Of a stretch of 64,000 bases of DNA, positions 39,760-51,526 are shown piece after piece; position 1 is the first letter of the stretch; each line of letters starts with the position of its first letter. A program made the position numbers and the translations under genes. Source of the stretch: Pseudomonadota bacterium (lineage in GTDB: Bacteria; Desulfobacterota; Desulfobacteria; Desulfobacterales; RPRI01). The notes beneath the pieces were generated by a model that worked only from the letters and a program-made list of their open reading frames with translations, made no database searches and had not been told where the DNA came from. The stretch covers positions 42,852 to 106,851 of the forward strand of contig JBDRRF010000067.1 of the NCBI GenBank assembly GCA_043825875.1, given 5' to 3'.

Positions 39760-42290
39760 GGGATTTCCTGCCAAATCTCTTTTATATCCTTAAGCAACTC
39801 TTCGTCTGGTTGCTTTTGAATATTTTTCAGAATTTTTTCAGGTGTTGCCTCCTTATACTGATCCGAAATAAAAATGTGTAAGGGAATCCATGAAGCGTTT
39901 TCCGGGGGGATATAGCCCTTGAATTCAAAAGGTACTTTTCTTCGAGTATCGCCCCAAAATAAATCGAGCAACTGTCTTTCCAGTTTTGGAGGCAGGTTGT
40001 ATAGCTTTAGTATCTCCGCATCAATATGGAAAAGAAGTTCCTTTGCAGCTTCAGGGTCTGTATATTGAGTTGCTATATATTTGTTCACCAAAGATTGAAT
40101 GAATAAATCAGCTTTTTCAAAATTTAGTGGAACAGGTATGGAGCTATAAACTCTTGCAGAGATGTTCCGTTGGAAACTATGGGCGTAAACAAATGCTTGT
40201 GCAATAGGTGAATTTAGCAGAGCTGCCAGTAATTCTACATTTATAGTTTTTTGAGTTGGCCAAATTACGTAAAACATACGGCTGACAATACGGCCAGTAT
40301 TGTCAGTTGCAGCAGCATATCGCCATGGGCCTCTCGAAGTACGCGCTGTCGGCACAAGTACTTTAGGAAGATCCCAGTCCAAATCCCAGGCGCCTATCGC
40401 CCGTTTTCTTCTCAATTTTTCATTCGTATCTAAATAAACAATATCCTCTGCCACAAATGTTCTAAAACCTTCGCTTACTTCGTAAATTCCCGGTCTTGAT
40501 TCTGGAAAGGGTTTTGCCTGAATCACTTCATGACGTCTGTTTTTAATAATACCTGATTCATATTCAACTCCCTTTTTTATATCTATATATTTTTCGAGTT
40601 TAGGCAACACACCCAGATAACTCCATACTTCCCTTAACACAGGAACAATCAGCCTGTTTTGCTGATTTTCTGAGAAATAGATTTGCGGGACTTTGTCTTC
40701 CCATGTGGCTTCTGCATTCAAACGAAACCTTTCTTTGTGATGATCTTTTACTTCCCGATAGGTTGTCAGATTACCCTTTTTTGCTTTACGCTTCCTGGCC
40801 ACAAGTATAGCTGTTTCAGCTTCAGAATGAAGAAATATTTTATCAGGAAGAGCGGCTAAGGTTAGTATTTCAAAATCTTTAAGCAAAATGGATCGTTCGT
40901 TTCGATAATCTTTCCCGTCAAGAAAAGACCGCGGTAAAACCATGCCGATCATACCTGCCTGAGATATTGCAGGAAGAGCTCTTTTTAAAAGATATGCCGG
41001 TTTTGGCTGCTCCTTACCATTTACAATAAGTTTCTCAAAAGGCGGGTTGCCGATAAGAATTGTTGTTTCGGAAGTATTTTGTTCAAGAATCTTTCCTGAA
41101 AAAATATCCGCACGTTGCAAGTCCCAGCTGTTGGATTCCGGGAAATCGGCCAGCATCAAACACATTCGTGCAACTTCAATGGAAAAAGCATCAATCTCTA
41201 TACCGTGCAGTTTATCAACAAAGAATTGATGACGCTTTTTGCCGCTCCAGTTCGCCGGCAGCAGTTCCCGCATACGCCTCATGGCTGCAATCAAAAATAT
41301 TCCGTGCCCGCATGTTGGGTCCAGAAAATTCCATTCGTTTCTCGGCAATTCTTCAATTGGAAGCTGAGAGACAACATACTCCGCCACATATGACGGCGTG
41401 CTGTGAATTCCCATCTCTTTCCGGCTTTTTTCGGTGACAAAAGTATTTTCATATATGTATGTGAGAGTATCCACCGATATGTTTTTTAATGAAAAGATCC
41501 CACCAATTTCATCTGACATACAGCTTAATATGTCTTTAGGTATGTTTTTTATTAAAGGTTTTTCAGAGCTTCCGTAATATCCTGAAACAATTTTCAATAT
41601 TTGATCCGGGGATTTGAAATCGATATCGTTTGACTGTGGGATTGAGCTGTCTTTTATCAACTTTGCGGTAAGAAACCGAAATAATACCTGGAATATTTTT
41701 TGTGCATCAAATTTTATTTTATCTTTTAGATGCGCCTGTTCAACAACGTAAAGAATTCCTTTGATAACTCCATCCAGTTTTCTTGATGCTTCCGTCTCAA
41801 GTGCGGGCATTAATCCAATATCAACAAAATCAAGTTGTCTTGGTCCAGGTTTTTTGAAACCGGTTTTTGCACGAATCATCACTTCCGGTTCCCAAATCTC
41901 TTTTTTGCTTTTAATGAAATTTGGAAGCTGATCTGTTTTAATTTCATCTTCCGGAATTAATCGCTGCCCAGTGTTACGCCAGGTTCGTGTGATTCCATTT
42001 TGTATGATAAAGATGACAGGTGAACCAAAAGCTCGAAATTCATTTATCGAATCTTCATGAATGTCATCGCGCTTACGGAAATCAACGCCAAAGCAGGCAG
42101 AACGATAGTTCAGAGGTTCCTGCCCGAATACGCCAAGCTTAATATGACGGGTAAAGGCTGCTTTTTCAAAAAAATCGGCAAATTCATAATCAGACCGAAT
42201 TAGGTGATTTTTATAACCGATTTCTTTGAAAGCCGCTATTATTGGGCTTAAGTCTGTTGTGATATCTCCTGTATGCTGGATATTAATCAT
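39756..42290 (-). CDS. N6-adenine DNA methyltransferase, Type IIG-like architecture
   Basis: GIHSTP, motif I LDPTCGHGIFL, GIEID, motif IV IGNPPF, MVLP..FL, and a TaqI-C-like TRD (LLAALLNSP). Confidence 0.85.
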   Translation of the reverse strand: MINIQHTGDITTDLSPIIAAFKEIGYKNHLIRSDYEFADFFEKAAFTRHIKLGVFGQEPLNYRSACFGVDFRKRDDIHEDSINEFRAFGSPVIFIIQNGITRTWRNTGQRLIPEDEIKTDQLPNFIKSKKEIWEPEVMIRAKTGFKKPGPRQLDFVDIGLMPALETEASRKLDGVIKGILYVVEQAHLKDKIKFDAQKIFQVLFRFLTAKLIKDSSIPQSNDIDFKSPDQILKIVSGYYGSSEKPLIKNIPKDILSCMSDEIGGIFSLKNISVDTLTYIYENTFVTEKSRKEMGIHSTPSYVAEYVVSQLPIEELPRNEWNFLDPTCGHGIFLIAAMRRMRELLPANWSGKKRHQFFVDKLHGIEIDAFSIEVARMCLMLADFPESNSWDLQRADIFSGKILEQNTSETTILIGNPPFEKLIVNGKEQPKPAYLLKRALPAISQAGMIGMVLPRSFLDGKDYRNERSILLKDFEILTLAALPDKIFLHSEAETAILVARKRKAKKGNLTTYREVKDHHKERFRLNAEATWEDKVPQIYFSENQQNRLIVPVLREVWSYLGVLPKLEKYIDIKKGVEYESGIIKNRRHEVIQAKPFPESRPGIYEVSEGFRTFVAEDIVYLDTNEKLRRKRAIGAWDLDWDLPKVLVPTARTSRGPWRYAAATDNTGRIVSRMFYVIWPTQKTINVELLAALLNSPIAQAFVYAHSFQRNISARVYSSIPVPLNFEKADLFIQSLVNKYIATQYTDPEAAKELLFHIDAEILKLYNLPPKLERQLLDLFWGDTRRKVPFEFKGYIPPENASWIPLHIFISDQYKEATPEKILKNIQKQPDEELLKDIKEIWQEIP

Positions 42291-42630
42291 TATGTAGAAT
42301 TAGCCAATAGTTTGATTTGTTAGAAACCTGTAACGGTATAGATATTGATGCCTTATTCTATTAAGTCGGTATCATATATTATACAAAAAGATCAATTAAA
42401 ACTATCTGAAATTTCATATAAAGATACTAAAATCAGTTCTTACAAAAAATATACTGCTCATGATAGGTGTGCGGTATAACAAATAAATATAAAAAAGAAA
42501 AGACTATATAAGCTTTTGTGGGTGGCTTTTCTTTTATTATTATTTTATTTTGACAAAATTTTAAGATAATGTGTAACTTCTTTAAAAATATCTGTTACAA
42601 AAATTTGAAAAACATGGGGCTGGAGTAAAA

Positions 42631-42816
42631 ATGAAGTATTTTCTTTGTGTTATCGGGATGGTTATGGTTATTGAAGGGCTTCCGTATTTTGCGTTCCCCG
42701 AAAAAATGAAAAAATGGGTTATTAAAATTGTTGAAATGAATGAAAGCTCTTTAAGGTGGATGGGTTTGTTTTTCATGCTTATCGGTTGCCTGCTTGTTTT
42801 TATCGGGAGACAATAG
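42631..42816 (+). CDS. DUF2065 small membrane protein
   Basis: GMVMVIEGLPYFAFP.KMK...LR..G; upstream of queA. Confidence 0.8.
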   Translation: MKYFLCVIGMVMVIEGLPYFAFPEKMKKWVIKIVEMNESSLRWMGLFFMLIGCLLVFIGRQ

Positions 42817-42818
42817 GC

Positions 42819-43886
42819 GTGTTTTTGTTATCCGATTATGATTACGAACTTAGCGAAGAAAATATTGCCCAAAAGCCGGTATCTTGCAGAGATGCGTCCA
42901 GGCTTTTGGTTCTTGACAAAAAAACCGGGGCCACTTCTCACCATAACTTTTTTGAAATATGCGATTTTATTACACCTGAAGATATCATTGTAATAAATAA
43001 TACAAAGGTAATACCGGGCAGGTTATTCGGGGAAAAAGAAACCGGAGGCAAAGCTGAAATTCTTATTCTGGATTTTGCAGGCGGAATCACAGAGCAAAAA
43101 GAATCCGGGAGTTTTACTTGCGAGTGTCTTGTAAAAACCTCCAAACCTCCGAAAAAAGGATCATTGATTTTATTCGCAGATAACCTTAAGGCAAAAGTGG
43201 TTAATGAAATAAAAAACGGAATTTGCCTGCTAAATTTTTCATCTTCCGAAAGTTTTGAAGATGTGCTTGGTCAAATCGGTCATATGCCGCTTCCGCCGTA
43301 TATCAGGCGTGATAAAGACGGCACCCGATTATCCGATGATAAAATTTCATATCAGACCGTATATGCCTCAAATAAAGGAGCTGTAGCAGCTCCCACCGCA
43401 GGACTTCATTTTACAAAAGACCTTCTTGATAAAATTAAATCAAAAGGCATCAAAACAGCGGAAATAACTCTTCATGTGGGTTACGGCACATTTCTTCCTG
43501 TAAGGGTAAACGATATCAGGGAGCATAAAATGCATTCCGAGAGATTTCATATTCCGCAAGATGCAGCTGATGCAATTAATAAGGTAAGAGAAGAAGGCGG
43601 TAAAGTAATCGCTGTTGGAACGACAAGCATCAGAACTCTGGAATATTTCTGCGATAATAAAGGAAGGGTTAAGGCTGGAAGCGGCCAATGCGATCTTTTT
43701 ATATATCCGGGATACAGTTTTAAAATTGTTGATTCAATAATTACAAATTTTCATCTGCCGCGCTCCACCCTTCTAATGCTTGTATCAGCTTTTGCCGGCA
43801 GGGAAAAAATTCTTGCTGCTTACAGGGAAGCTGTGCAAAAAGGGTACAGATTTTATAGCTACGGAGATGCAATGTTCATTAAATAG
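42819..43886 (+). CDS. queA: SAM:tRNA ribosyltransferase-isomerase
   Basis: GTG start; PLPPYI, YQTVYA, AAPTAGLHF, LHVGYGTF, VGTT, TNFHLP, YSYGDAM. Confidence 0.96.
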   Translation: MFLLSDYDYELSEENIAQKPVSCRDASRLLVLDKKTGATSHHNFFEICDFITPEDIIVINNTKVIPGRLFGEKETGGKAEILILDFAGGITEQKESGSFTCECLVKTSKPPKKGSLILFADNLKAKVVNEIKNGICLLNFSSSESFEDVLGQIGHMPLPPYIRRDKDGTRLSDDKISYQTVYASNKGAVAAPTAGLHFTKDLLDKIKSKGIKTAEITLHVGYGTFLPVRVNDIREHKMHSERFHIPQDAADAINKVREEGGKVIAVGTTSIRTLEYFCDNKGRVKAGSGQCDLFIYPGYSFKIVDSIITNFHLPRSTLLMLVSAFAGREKILAAYREAVQKGYRFYSYGDAMFIK

Positions 43887-43952
43887 TTGGAGGATAGGCA
43901 ATTCAGTGTCTGGCGTAAAAGTTTTAATTGATCGATTTAATCCAAAAATAAT

Positions 43953-44063
43953 TTGAATGTAGAATATAGAATAAGAAATAATGAATGTAGAAGGAAGATA
44001 GCAAAGATTAAAAATAAAAAAACTTCATAATTCGAAATTCCTTGTTCAATATTCGATATTCGA
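43953..44063. repeat. Heptamer-periodic imperfect inverted repeat element
   Basis: Left arm GAATGTA GAATATA GAATAAG AAATAAT GAATGTA GAAG; right arm CTTC ATAATTC GAAATTC CTTGTTC AATATTC GATATTC. Confidence 0.75.
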
Positions 44064-44073
44064 TTTTTTATAA

Positions 44074-45470
<1,397 letters not shown>

Positions 45471-45501
45471 TAATATAAGATATTTTTCTTAGGAGTCCTG
45501 T

Positions 45502-46668
45502 ATGATGCAAAGAATAGTAATATGTTGTCTATTGTTTCTTTCAGTTATTGCCTTATCAGGATGCAAGGAAAAAATTGAACCCGGAACAACTGAAGAAAAA
45601 AGTGCTGCAACAGTTAAAGCTGCTGTCCTTATAGCAAAAGCTGTAAACCAACCTCTTTTTTATGAAACCACAGGAACCATTCATGCCAAGACGGAAAGTA
45701 TTTTATCAAGCAAACTTTTAGCTGAAATAAAAAAAATAAACGTAAAAGAAGGCGATACAATTAAAGAAGGTGATGTGCTTGTCCTTCTTGATAACAGCCA
45801 GGTAAAAGCTCAGCTCCAGCAGGCCCGGCAGGCAAAAAAAGAAGCGCTGAATGCATATGATGCAGCAGCATCCGGCGTGGATTCGGCAAGAGCTGCGGCA
45901 AAACTTGCCAGTGACACATACAAACGTTTTTTAAATTTGTATAATGATAATGCAATAAGCAAGCAGAATTTTGAAGACATTGAAACCAAAAACATTCAGG
46001 CAAAAGCGGCTTTGCTTCAGTCAGAGGCGATGGCGCAGGCCGCAGGTAACCGTATCAAACAGGCTGAAGCAGCACTTTTATCTGCAAAATCATATGACAA
46101 AGATTCTGTAATTTATGCTCCGTATGACGGGCTTGTAACAGCTAAAATGGTGGAACCCGGAGATCTTGCGTCACCTGGCGTACCTATCATTGGTGTTGAG
46201 GAGACTAAGGGTTATTATGCGGAATTTGTTGTTCCTGAAGCCCAGGTAAAAACCGTAGGTATGGGCTCAAAGGTAAGTATAGTAATCGCGGCATTAAACG
46301 ATCTTTTACTCGAAGGAACAATTTATACCGTATCTCAGGCAGCAGATTCCAACACACGTTCTTTCATGTTTAAAGCCTCTTTCACTTCAGACCAATCGGT
46401 CCGCTCAGGACTATATGCAAAAGTATTAATTCCCATAGGCAAAAAAGATATACTTTCCGTTCCGTCTTCGTCATTAATCTACCAGGGCCAGTTAACAGGA
46501 ATATATATTCTTGATGACAAAAACATAGCCCGTTTCAGAGTAATTCGCACCGGCAGAACTTTTGCCAAATCCATAGAAGTTCTTTCGGGATTAAATCCCA
46601 AAGACCGCTATATATCAAATCCTGACGTAAACATAAAAGATGGTGTCAAGGTGGAGGCATCCACATGA
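45502..46668 (+). CDS. RND efflux periplasmic adaptor lipoprotein
   Basis: Lipobox LSGC, V.EGD..K.GD.L, coiled coil, I.AP.DG.V. Confidence 0.88.
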   Translation: MMQRIVICCLLFLSVIALSGCKEKIEPGTTEEKSAATVKAAVLIAKAVNQPLFYETTGTIHAKTESILSSKLLAEIKKINVKEGDTIKEGDVLVLLDNSQVKAQLQQARQAKKEALNAYDAAASGVDSARAAAKLASDTYKRFLNLYNDNAISKQNFEDIETKNIQAKAALLQSEAMAQAAGNRIKQAEAALLSAKSYDKDSVIYAPYDGLVTAKMVEPGDLASPGVPIIGVEETKGYYAEFVVPEAQVKTVGMGSKVSIVIAALNDLLLEGTIYTVSQAADSNTRSFMFKASFTSDQSVRSGLYAKVLIPIGKKDILSVPSSSLIYQGQLTGIYILDDKNIARFRVIRTGRTFAKSIEVLSGLNPKDRYISNPDVNIKDGVKVEAST

Positions 46669-49600
46669 GCAATAAGCTTGGTGTGGCGGGGAAAATAGCA
46701 AATTATTTCATAGAATCCAAACTCACGCCTCTTATTATCATAGCTTCCATACTTTTGGGCATTGCTTCGGTTATTGCCCTGCCAAGAGAAGAAGAGCCCC
46801 AAATCATAGTTCCCATGATAGATATTTTTGTAAGTATGCCTGGGGCAAGCTCAAAAGAAGTTGAAGAGCGTGTCACATCGCCTATGGAAAAGCTTTTATG
46901 GGAAATACCCGGAGTCGAATACATTTATTCCACCTCAAGCCCCGGCATGTCAATGGCTATAGTACGCTTTTTAGTCGGGCAGAATGAAGAACAAGCTATT
47001 GTCAGGCTTCAATCCAAACTTATGGCAAACATGGACCGGATTCCGCATTCCGTATCGCAGCCTTTGATAAAACCGCGTTATATAGATGATGTGCCCATTC
47101 TTGCATTAACCTTTTGGGGAAAAGATGCCGATCACTACTTATTAAGGCGCGTAGCTGCCGAAGTAGAAAACATCGCAAAGATGGAAGAAAATACTTCTAT
47201 CACTACAATTATAGGTGGAGAAAAGAGACAGGTTGAGGTAAATATTGATCCGGTTAAGCTTTCTGCTTTCGGCATTGATCCTGAACGTGTTTTTTCTATG
47301 TTATCTGCCGCAAACCAGAGTTCCGATTCAGGATCTTTTCCATCACTTTCAGGCCAGACCATAGTTCATACCGGCGGGTTTTTAAATAATGTCGAAGATG
47401 TTAAAAAAGTCGTTATTTCCGTTTATAACGGCAAGCCTGTTTATCTGGAAGAAATTGCTGCAATCACGGACGGCCCCGGCGAACCCGGCCAGTATGTTTT
47501 TTTCGGAGCAGGTCCTGCTGCAAAAGAAAAAAATATTTCAAAAGATTCTTTGCCTAAAGATGCATGCCCGGCAGTTACTCTTACAATAGCCAAAAGAAAG
47601 GGCACAAACGCAATTGATGTTGCAAATAAAATACTTGCAAGAATCAAAGACGCAAAGGGTACTATCATCCCGGACAATATAAACATGACCATAACAAGGC
47701 ACTATGGCGAAACTGCAAAAGAAAAGTCGGATGAACTGCTTTTGCATATGATGATAGCCATTGTGTCGGTATCAATTCTTATCTGGTTTACATTGGGTCA
47801 TCGCGAATCAGGTATAGTCGCTCTTGCAATACCTGTTACGCTTGCCTTAACTCTTTCTGTATTTTATTTATACGGTTACACATTAAACAGAATTACGCTT
47901 TTTGCTCTTATTTTTTCTATAGGAATTCTTGTTGATGATGCAATCGTCATTGTTGAAAATATAGTGAGACATTTCAGGTTACCTGAAAATGCAAATCGCC
48001 CTAAAATCCTTATTACTATCGAAGCAGTTGATGAAGTCGGAAATCCGACCATACTTGCAACCATGACAGTTATCGCCGCCATTTTGCCTATGGCTTTTGT
48101 CGGCGGTCTTATGGGTCCTTATATGCGACCGATTCCTGTAGGTGCTTCGGCAGCAATGGTCTTTTCGCTTATAGTAGCTTTTATAGTCACACCATGGGCT
48201 TCCATGAAGCTTATAAGCCACAAGGAAAATGAAACGGCAAAACATGAGAAAGAAGGATGGAGCACACTGTTTTACCGTAAGGTTATGACTCCACTTATTG
48301 AAATACCTTTCTGGCGTTATACGTTTCTTTTGTTGGTGGTAGGTCTTCTTTTAATCTCCTGTGCTCTTGTTGCGATTAAGAAAGTCCATGTCAAGATGCT
48401 TCCTTTCGATAATAAAAGCGAATTTCAGGTCATAATTGATATGCCGGAAAATTCCACCCTGGAAAATACACTTTCGGCAGCTCTTGAAATGGGTGATTAT
48501 ATAAAAACCGTAAATGAGGTTGTTGACTATGAAATCTATGCCGGTACTGCGGCGCCTTTCAATTTTAACGGGCTTGTACGCCATTATTTCATGCGTAAAG
48601 GAAATAATGTTGCTGACATTCAGGTTAATCTCGTCTCAAAAGGGCAAAGAAAAGACCAGTGTCATGAGATAGCAAAACGCGTAAGGCCTGCATTGCAAAT
48701 AATTGCCCAAAAGTATAATGCCAGAATTAAAGTTGCGGAAGTGCCGCCCGGTCCTCCTGTGTTATCTACACTTGTTGCTGAAATATACGGCCCTGATTAC
48801 AACCGGCAGCGGCTTATCGCTAAACAAGTTATGAAAATATTTGAGCAAACATCAGGGGTTGTTGATGTTGACTGGTACATGGAAGATGATCAGCCAAGGG
48901 TGAACATTGAAGTTGACAGGCAAAAGGCAGCACTTCACGGTATCAGCGCGGCACAAATTGCAAATGTTCTTAGGCTTGCTCTTTCAGGAAGACAAGCCGG
49001 CCTTCTTCACCAGCCAAAAGAAAAGGAAGAGGTTCCGATTATGGTAAAACTTCCTCTTTCGAAAAGGGCCGGAATTGAACGATTGGAATCCATAAAAATA
49101 TCTCAACCGGATGGAAAGCTTATATCGCTGTCCAGCCTTGTTAAAATATCCGATACAAAAAACGATAAAAGCATATATCATAAAAATCTTATGCCTGTGG
49201 TTTATATAACAGGTGATGTAGCAGGTGAGAAAGAAAGCCCTGTTTATGCCATACTGGAGATGAAAAAAGCTATTGATGCCATATCACTTCCGGAAGGATA
49301 TAAAATTGTTCAGCATACCGCAGCGCTACCGGAATCGGATCGCCGGTTTTCCATGAAATGGGATGGAGAATGGCATATCACTTATGAGGTTTTCCGTGAT
49401 CTGGGAATAGCTTTTGCCGTTGTGCTTATTTTAATATTTGTTCTTGTAGTCGGATGGTTTCAATCCTTTTCAACCCCTCTTGTAATTATGGCAGCTATTC
49501 CGTTTTCCTTAATCGGCATATTGCCCGGACACTGGATAATGGGCGCTTTCTTTTCGGCAACATCCATGATAGGTTTTATTGCAGGTGCAGGTATTGTTGT

Positions 49601-49910
49601 ACGAAACTCAATAATCCTTGTTGATTTCATTGAACTTCGTGTTTCACAGGGCATGCCCCTTGATCTTGCCGTAATTGATGCAGGCGCTGTTAGATTCAGA
49701 CCGATGATGCTAACTGCGGCTGCTGTTGTTGTAGGAGCTTCGGTAATATTGTTTGATCCTATATTCCAGGGGCTTGCCATATCTCTTATGGCCGGCGAAG
49801 TCGCTTCTCTTCTTTTCTCACGTATGACTGTTCCTATTTTGTATTATCTTGATAAACGCTGGGAATCACAGCATTTACATAGTAAGATGTTAAATGATAA
49901 TTCGACATGA
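46665..49910 (+). CDS. RND efflux permease (AcrB/D/F family)
   Basis: [29 protein letters not shown]; 1081 aa. Confidence 0.92.
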   Translation: MSNKLGVAGKIANYFIESKLTPLIIIASILLGIASVIALPREEEPQIIVPMIDIFVSMPGASSKEVEERVTSPMEKLLWEIPGVEYIYSTSSPGMSMAIVRFLVGQNEEQAIVRLQSKLMANMDRIPHSVSQPLIKPRYIDDVPILALTFWGKDADHYLLRRVAAEVENIAKMEENTSITTIIGGEKRQVEVNIDPVKLSAFGIDPERVFSMLSAANQSSDSGSFPSLSGQTIVHTGGFLNNVEDVKKVVISVYNGKPVYLEEIAAITDGPGEPGQYVFFGAGPAAKEKNISKDSLPKDACPAVTLTIAKRKGTNAIDVANKILARIKDAKGTIIPDNINMTITRHYGETAKEKSDELLLHMMIAIVSVSILIWFTLGHRESGIVALAIPVTLALTLSVFYLYGYTLNRITLFALIFSIGILVDDAIVIVENIVRHFRLPENANRPKILITIEAVDEVGNPTILATMTVIAAILPMAFVGGLMGPYMRPIPVGASAAMVFSLIVAFIVTPWASMKLISHKENETAKHEKEGWSTLFYRKVMTPLIEIPFWRYTFLLLVVGLLLISCALVAIKKVHVKMLPFDNKSEFQVIIDMPENSTLENTLSAALEMGDYIKTVNEVVDYEIYAGTAAPFNFNGLVRHYFMRKGNNVADIQVNLVSKGQRKDQCHEIAKRVRPALQIIAQKYNARIKVAEVPPGPPVLSTLVAEIYGPDYNRQRLIAKQVMKIFEQTSGVVDVDWYMEDDQPRVNIEVDRQKAALHGISAAQIANVLRLALSGRQAGLLHQPKEKEEVPIMVKLPLSKRAGIERLESIKISQPDGKLISLSSLVKISDTKNDKSIYHKNLMPVVYITGDVAGEKESPVYAILEMKKAIDAISLPEGYKIVQHTAALPESDRRFSMKWDGEWHITYEVFRDLGIAFAVVLILIFVLVVGWFQSFSTPLVIMAAIPFSLIGILPGHWIMGAFFSATSMIGFIAGAGIVVRNSIILVDFIELRVSQGMPLDLAVIDAGAVRFRPMMLTAAAVVVGASVILFDPIFQGLAISLMAGEVASLLFSRMTVPILYYLDKRWESQHLHSKMLNDNST

Positions 49911-49960
49911 CCTATGATCTTTATATACAGATTTATAATATACGAATAAACCTTATTAAA

Positions 49961-50026
49961 TTTCTGTATTCGGATTAAAACAAAGCGAATATTCTAAATA
50001 CAGAAGCGAATATTCTAAATACAGAA
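49961..50026. promoter_or_regulatory. Putative enhancer-binding-protein sites: 21-bp tandem repeat plus inverted half-site
   Basis: AAGCGAATATTCTAAATACAG twice (49983-50003, 50004-50024); TTTCTGTATTCGGA at 49961 is an inverted near-copy of TCTAAATACAGAAA. Confidence 0.55.
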
Positions 50027-50034
50027 ATATATAC

Positions 50035-50071
50035 ATATGTATTCATATAACTATCTGATATGAATACATAT
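50035..50071. promoter_or_regulatory. 14-bp perfect inverted repeat enclosing an IHF-like site
   Basis: ATATGTATTCATAT-N9-ATATGAATACATAT; the bottom strand TATCAGATAGTTA fits WATCAR-N4-TTR. Confidence 0.55.
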
Positions 50072-50078
50072 TTAATGT

Positions 50079-50094
50079 TGGCACGATTTGAGCA
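50079..50094 (+). promoter_or_regulatory. sigma54 promoter of the corrinoid methyltransferase cluster
   Basis: TGGCACGATTTGAGCA; GG-N10-GC spacing is correct, -12 box imperfect. Confidence 0.7.
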
Positions 50095-50202
50095 AACAAT
50101 TATTATAAAATATGATAGCTTTGCACAAAATATTATAAAAATTTATACCTAAGAAAAAAAAGACACCCATAATGCAAGTTTGCAAAAGGAGGAATGGTTG
50201 CA

Positions 50203-51315
50203 ATGAAAGATTATGGAATTCAATTGACCAAGGAAGAAGAAGCACAAGTTGATGATATTTGTGCCAAGATCAGAGAGCGGGTGAAAAAGGAACCCATTAC
50301 ACCCCGCCAGCGCTTTGAGGCTGTTTACAGAGGGGAAACGCCTGACCGCATTCCGATTCAGGTATGCGCCCTTGGTTTGCACGCAGCCTCCAATTACGGT
50401 GTAACACCTGGAGATTTATACAGTAAACCCAAAGTATCACTTTTAGCCTACCTTACACATCTCGAGAGATTTGGATATGATACTCCTTCCACTTTCCGTT
50501 TCAGCGCCGGTGAGAAGGAGTTTGGACAGGAAATAGCACATACGGATTCGGCCGTGCCGTTTGGTATTAAGGGAGTAGTGGAAACAGCAAAAGATCTCGG
50601 CAAGGTAAAATTGCCAAATGTTTACAAGGACGGTTCACTACCATGGCAGCTCTGGATGATCAGTGTTCTAAAGGAAAAACTTGGCGATATCATGCCTATC
50701 CACGGATTTACAGTTATTCCGGGTGCGGTTGGACCGGTTATCATGCCTATGGATAAGTTGTTATTGGCGCTTCGCAAGGATCCGGTTCTGGCACACTGTC
50801 TGGCTGCTTTGCTGATGAAGTTTGTTATTGATTACGGCACAGCCTTGTTCGAGGCAGGCGCCGATATGCTGAATATTGTAGGTATTGATGATCAGGTTTC
50901 ATATGCAATGCACAGGCAATTCGAATTTCCTTATGTCTGCGGTTTGCTTAAGTCCCTTCCGGGGCCCTGCTTTATAAATGGTGCCGGTGACTGGTCTCAT
51001 GTTCTTGAGTCATATGCCCAGGCAGGAATACATGGATTTTTCCTGCACAGCGGTCAACCCACACCTCTTGATAAGATTAATGAAGTGGCAGATAAATATA
51101 ATTGTACAGTACGCTATGGCGTTAGCGCCAACACGCTGGTACACGGGCCTGCTGAAAAGATCCGTGAGGAGGTAAAAAGCGTAATTAAACAGGGATGGCG
51201 AGGAGGCCGCTTTGTGTTGACCACAGACACATTGGATATAAATACTCCGACTGAAAACTTGGATGTCTTTATGGAAGCAGCCAGAGAGTATGGTAAACTT
51301 CCCTTAAAGGTTTAA
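50203..51315 (+). CDS. URO-D/MtaA-CmuA superfamily putative methyltransferase, copy 1
   Basis: TPRQRF....G..PDRIP, HG.AE.IREEVK, GGRFVL...TP.ENL..F.EAA.EYG; next to a corrinoid protein. Start set at the second ATG by RBS spacing. Confidence 0.8.
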   Translation: MKDYGIQLTKEEEAQVDDICAKIRERVKKEPITPRQRFEAVYRGETPDRIPIQVCALGLHAASNYGVTPGDLYSKPKVSLLAYLTHLERFGYDTPSTFRFSAGEKEFGQEIAHTDSAVPFGIKGVVETAKDLGKVKLPNVYKDGSLPWQLWMISVLKEKLGDIMPIHGFTVIPGAVGPVIMPMDKLLLALRKDPVLAHCLAALLMKFVIDYGTALFEAGADMLNIVGIDDQVSYAMHRQFEFPYVCGLLKSLPGPCFINGAGDWSHVLESYAQAGIHGFFLHSGQPTPLDKINEVADKYNCTVRYGVSANTLVHGPAEKIREEVKSVIKQGWRGGRFVLTTDTLDINTPTENLDVFMEAAREYGKLPLKV

Positions 51316-51354
51316 GAATACCAACAAAGGATGAGCTGATTGAAAAGAGATATT

Positions 51355-51430
51355 ATGACTCAAGATACAATCTACCCCGGATGGGGATTCGGATCAAACA
51401 CAAAGAGTATGCGGCGAAGCGATTGTATGC
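51355..51430 (+). pseudogene. 5' relic of the corrinoid-protein gene left by tandem duplication
   Basis: AGCTGATTGAAA.GAGATATTATGAC.CAAGA matches the start of the 52674 gene; residual MTQDTI...DGDSDQTQRVCGEA versus MTQEAI...DGDAEQTQKVCGNA. Confidence 0.75.
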
Positions 51431-51526
51431 AAAATATGATAGTTTTGCACAAAATATTATAAAAATTTATACCTAAGAAAAAAAATACACCCATAATGAA
51501 AGTTTGAAAAAGGAGGAATGATTGCA

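Noticed and set aside
39756..42290. Conventional Type I or Type III restriction-modification locus, or BREX/DISARM
   Set aside because: No hsdR/hsdS, res helicase, brx or drm genes are adjacent; a Type IIG nuclease motif was not visible but cannot be excluded without HMM or structure analysis.
49983..50024. CRISPR array (21-bp repeats; also the heptamer repeats at 43953-44063)
   Set aside because: Repeats are directly adjacent with no spacers, only two copies, and no cas genes.
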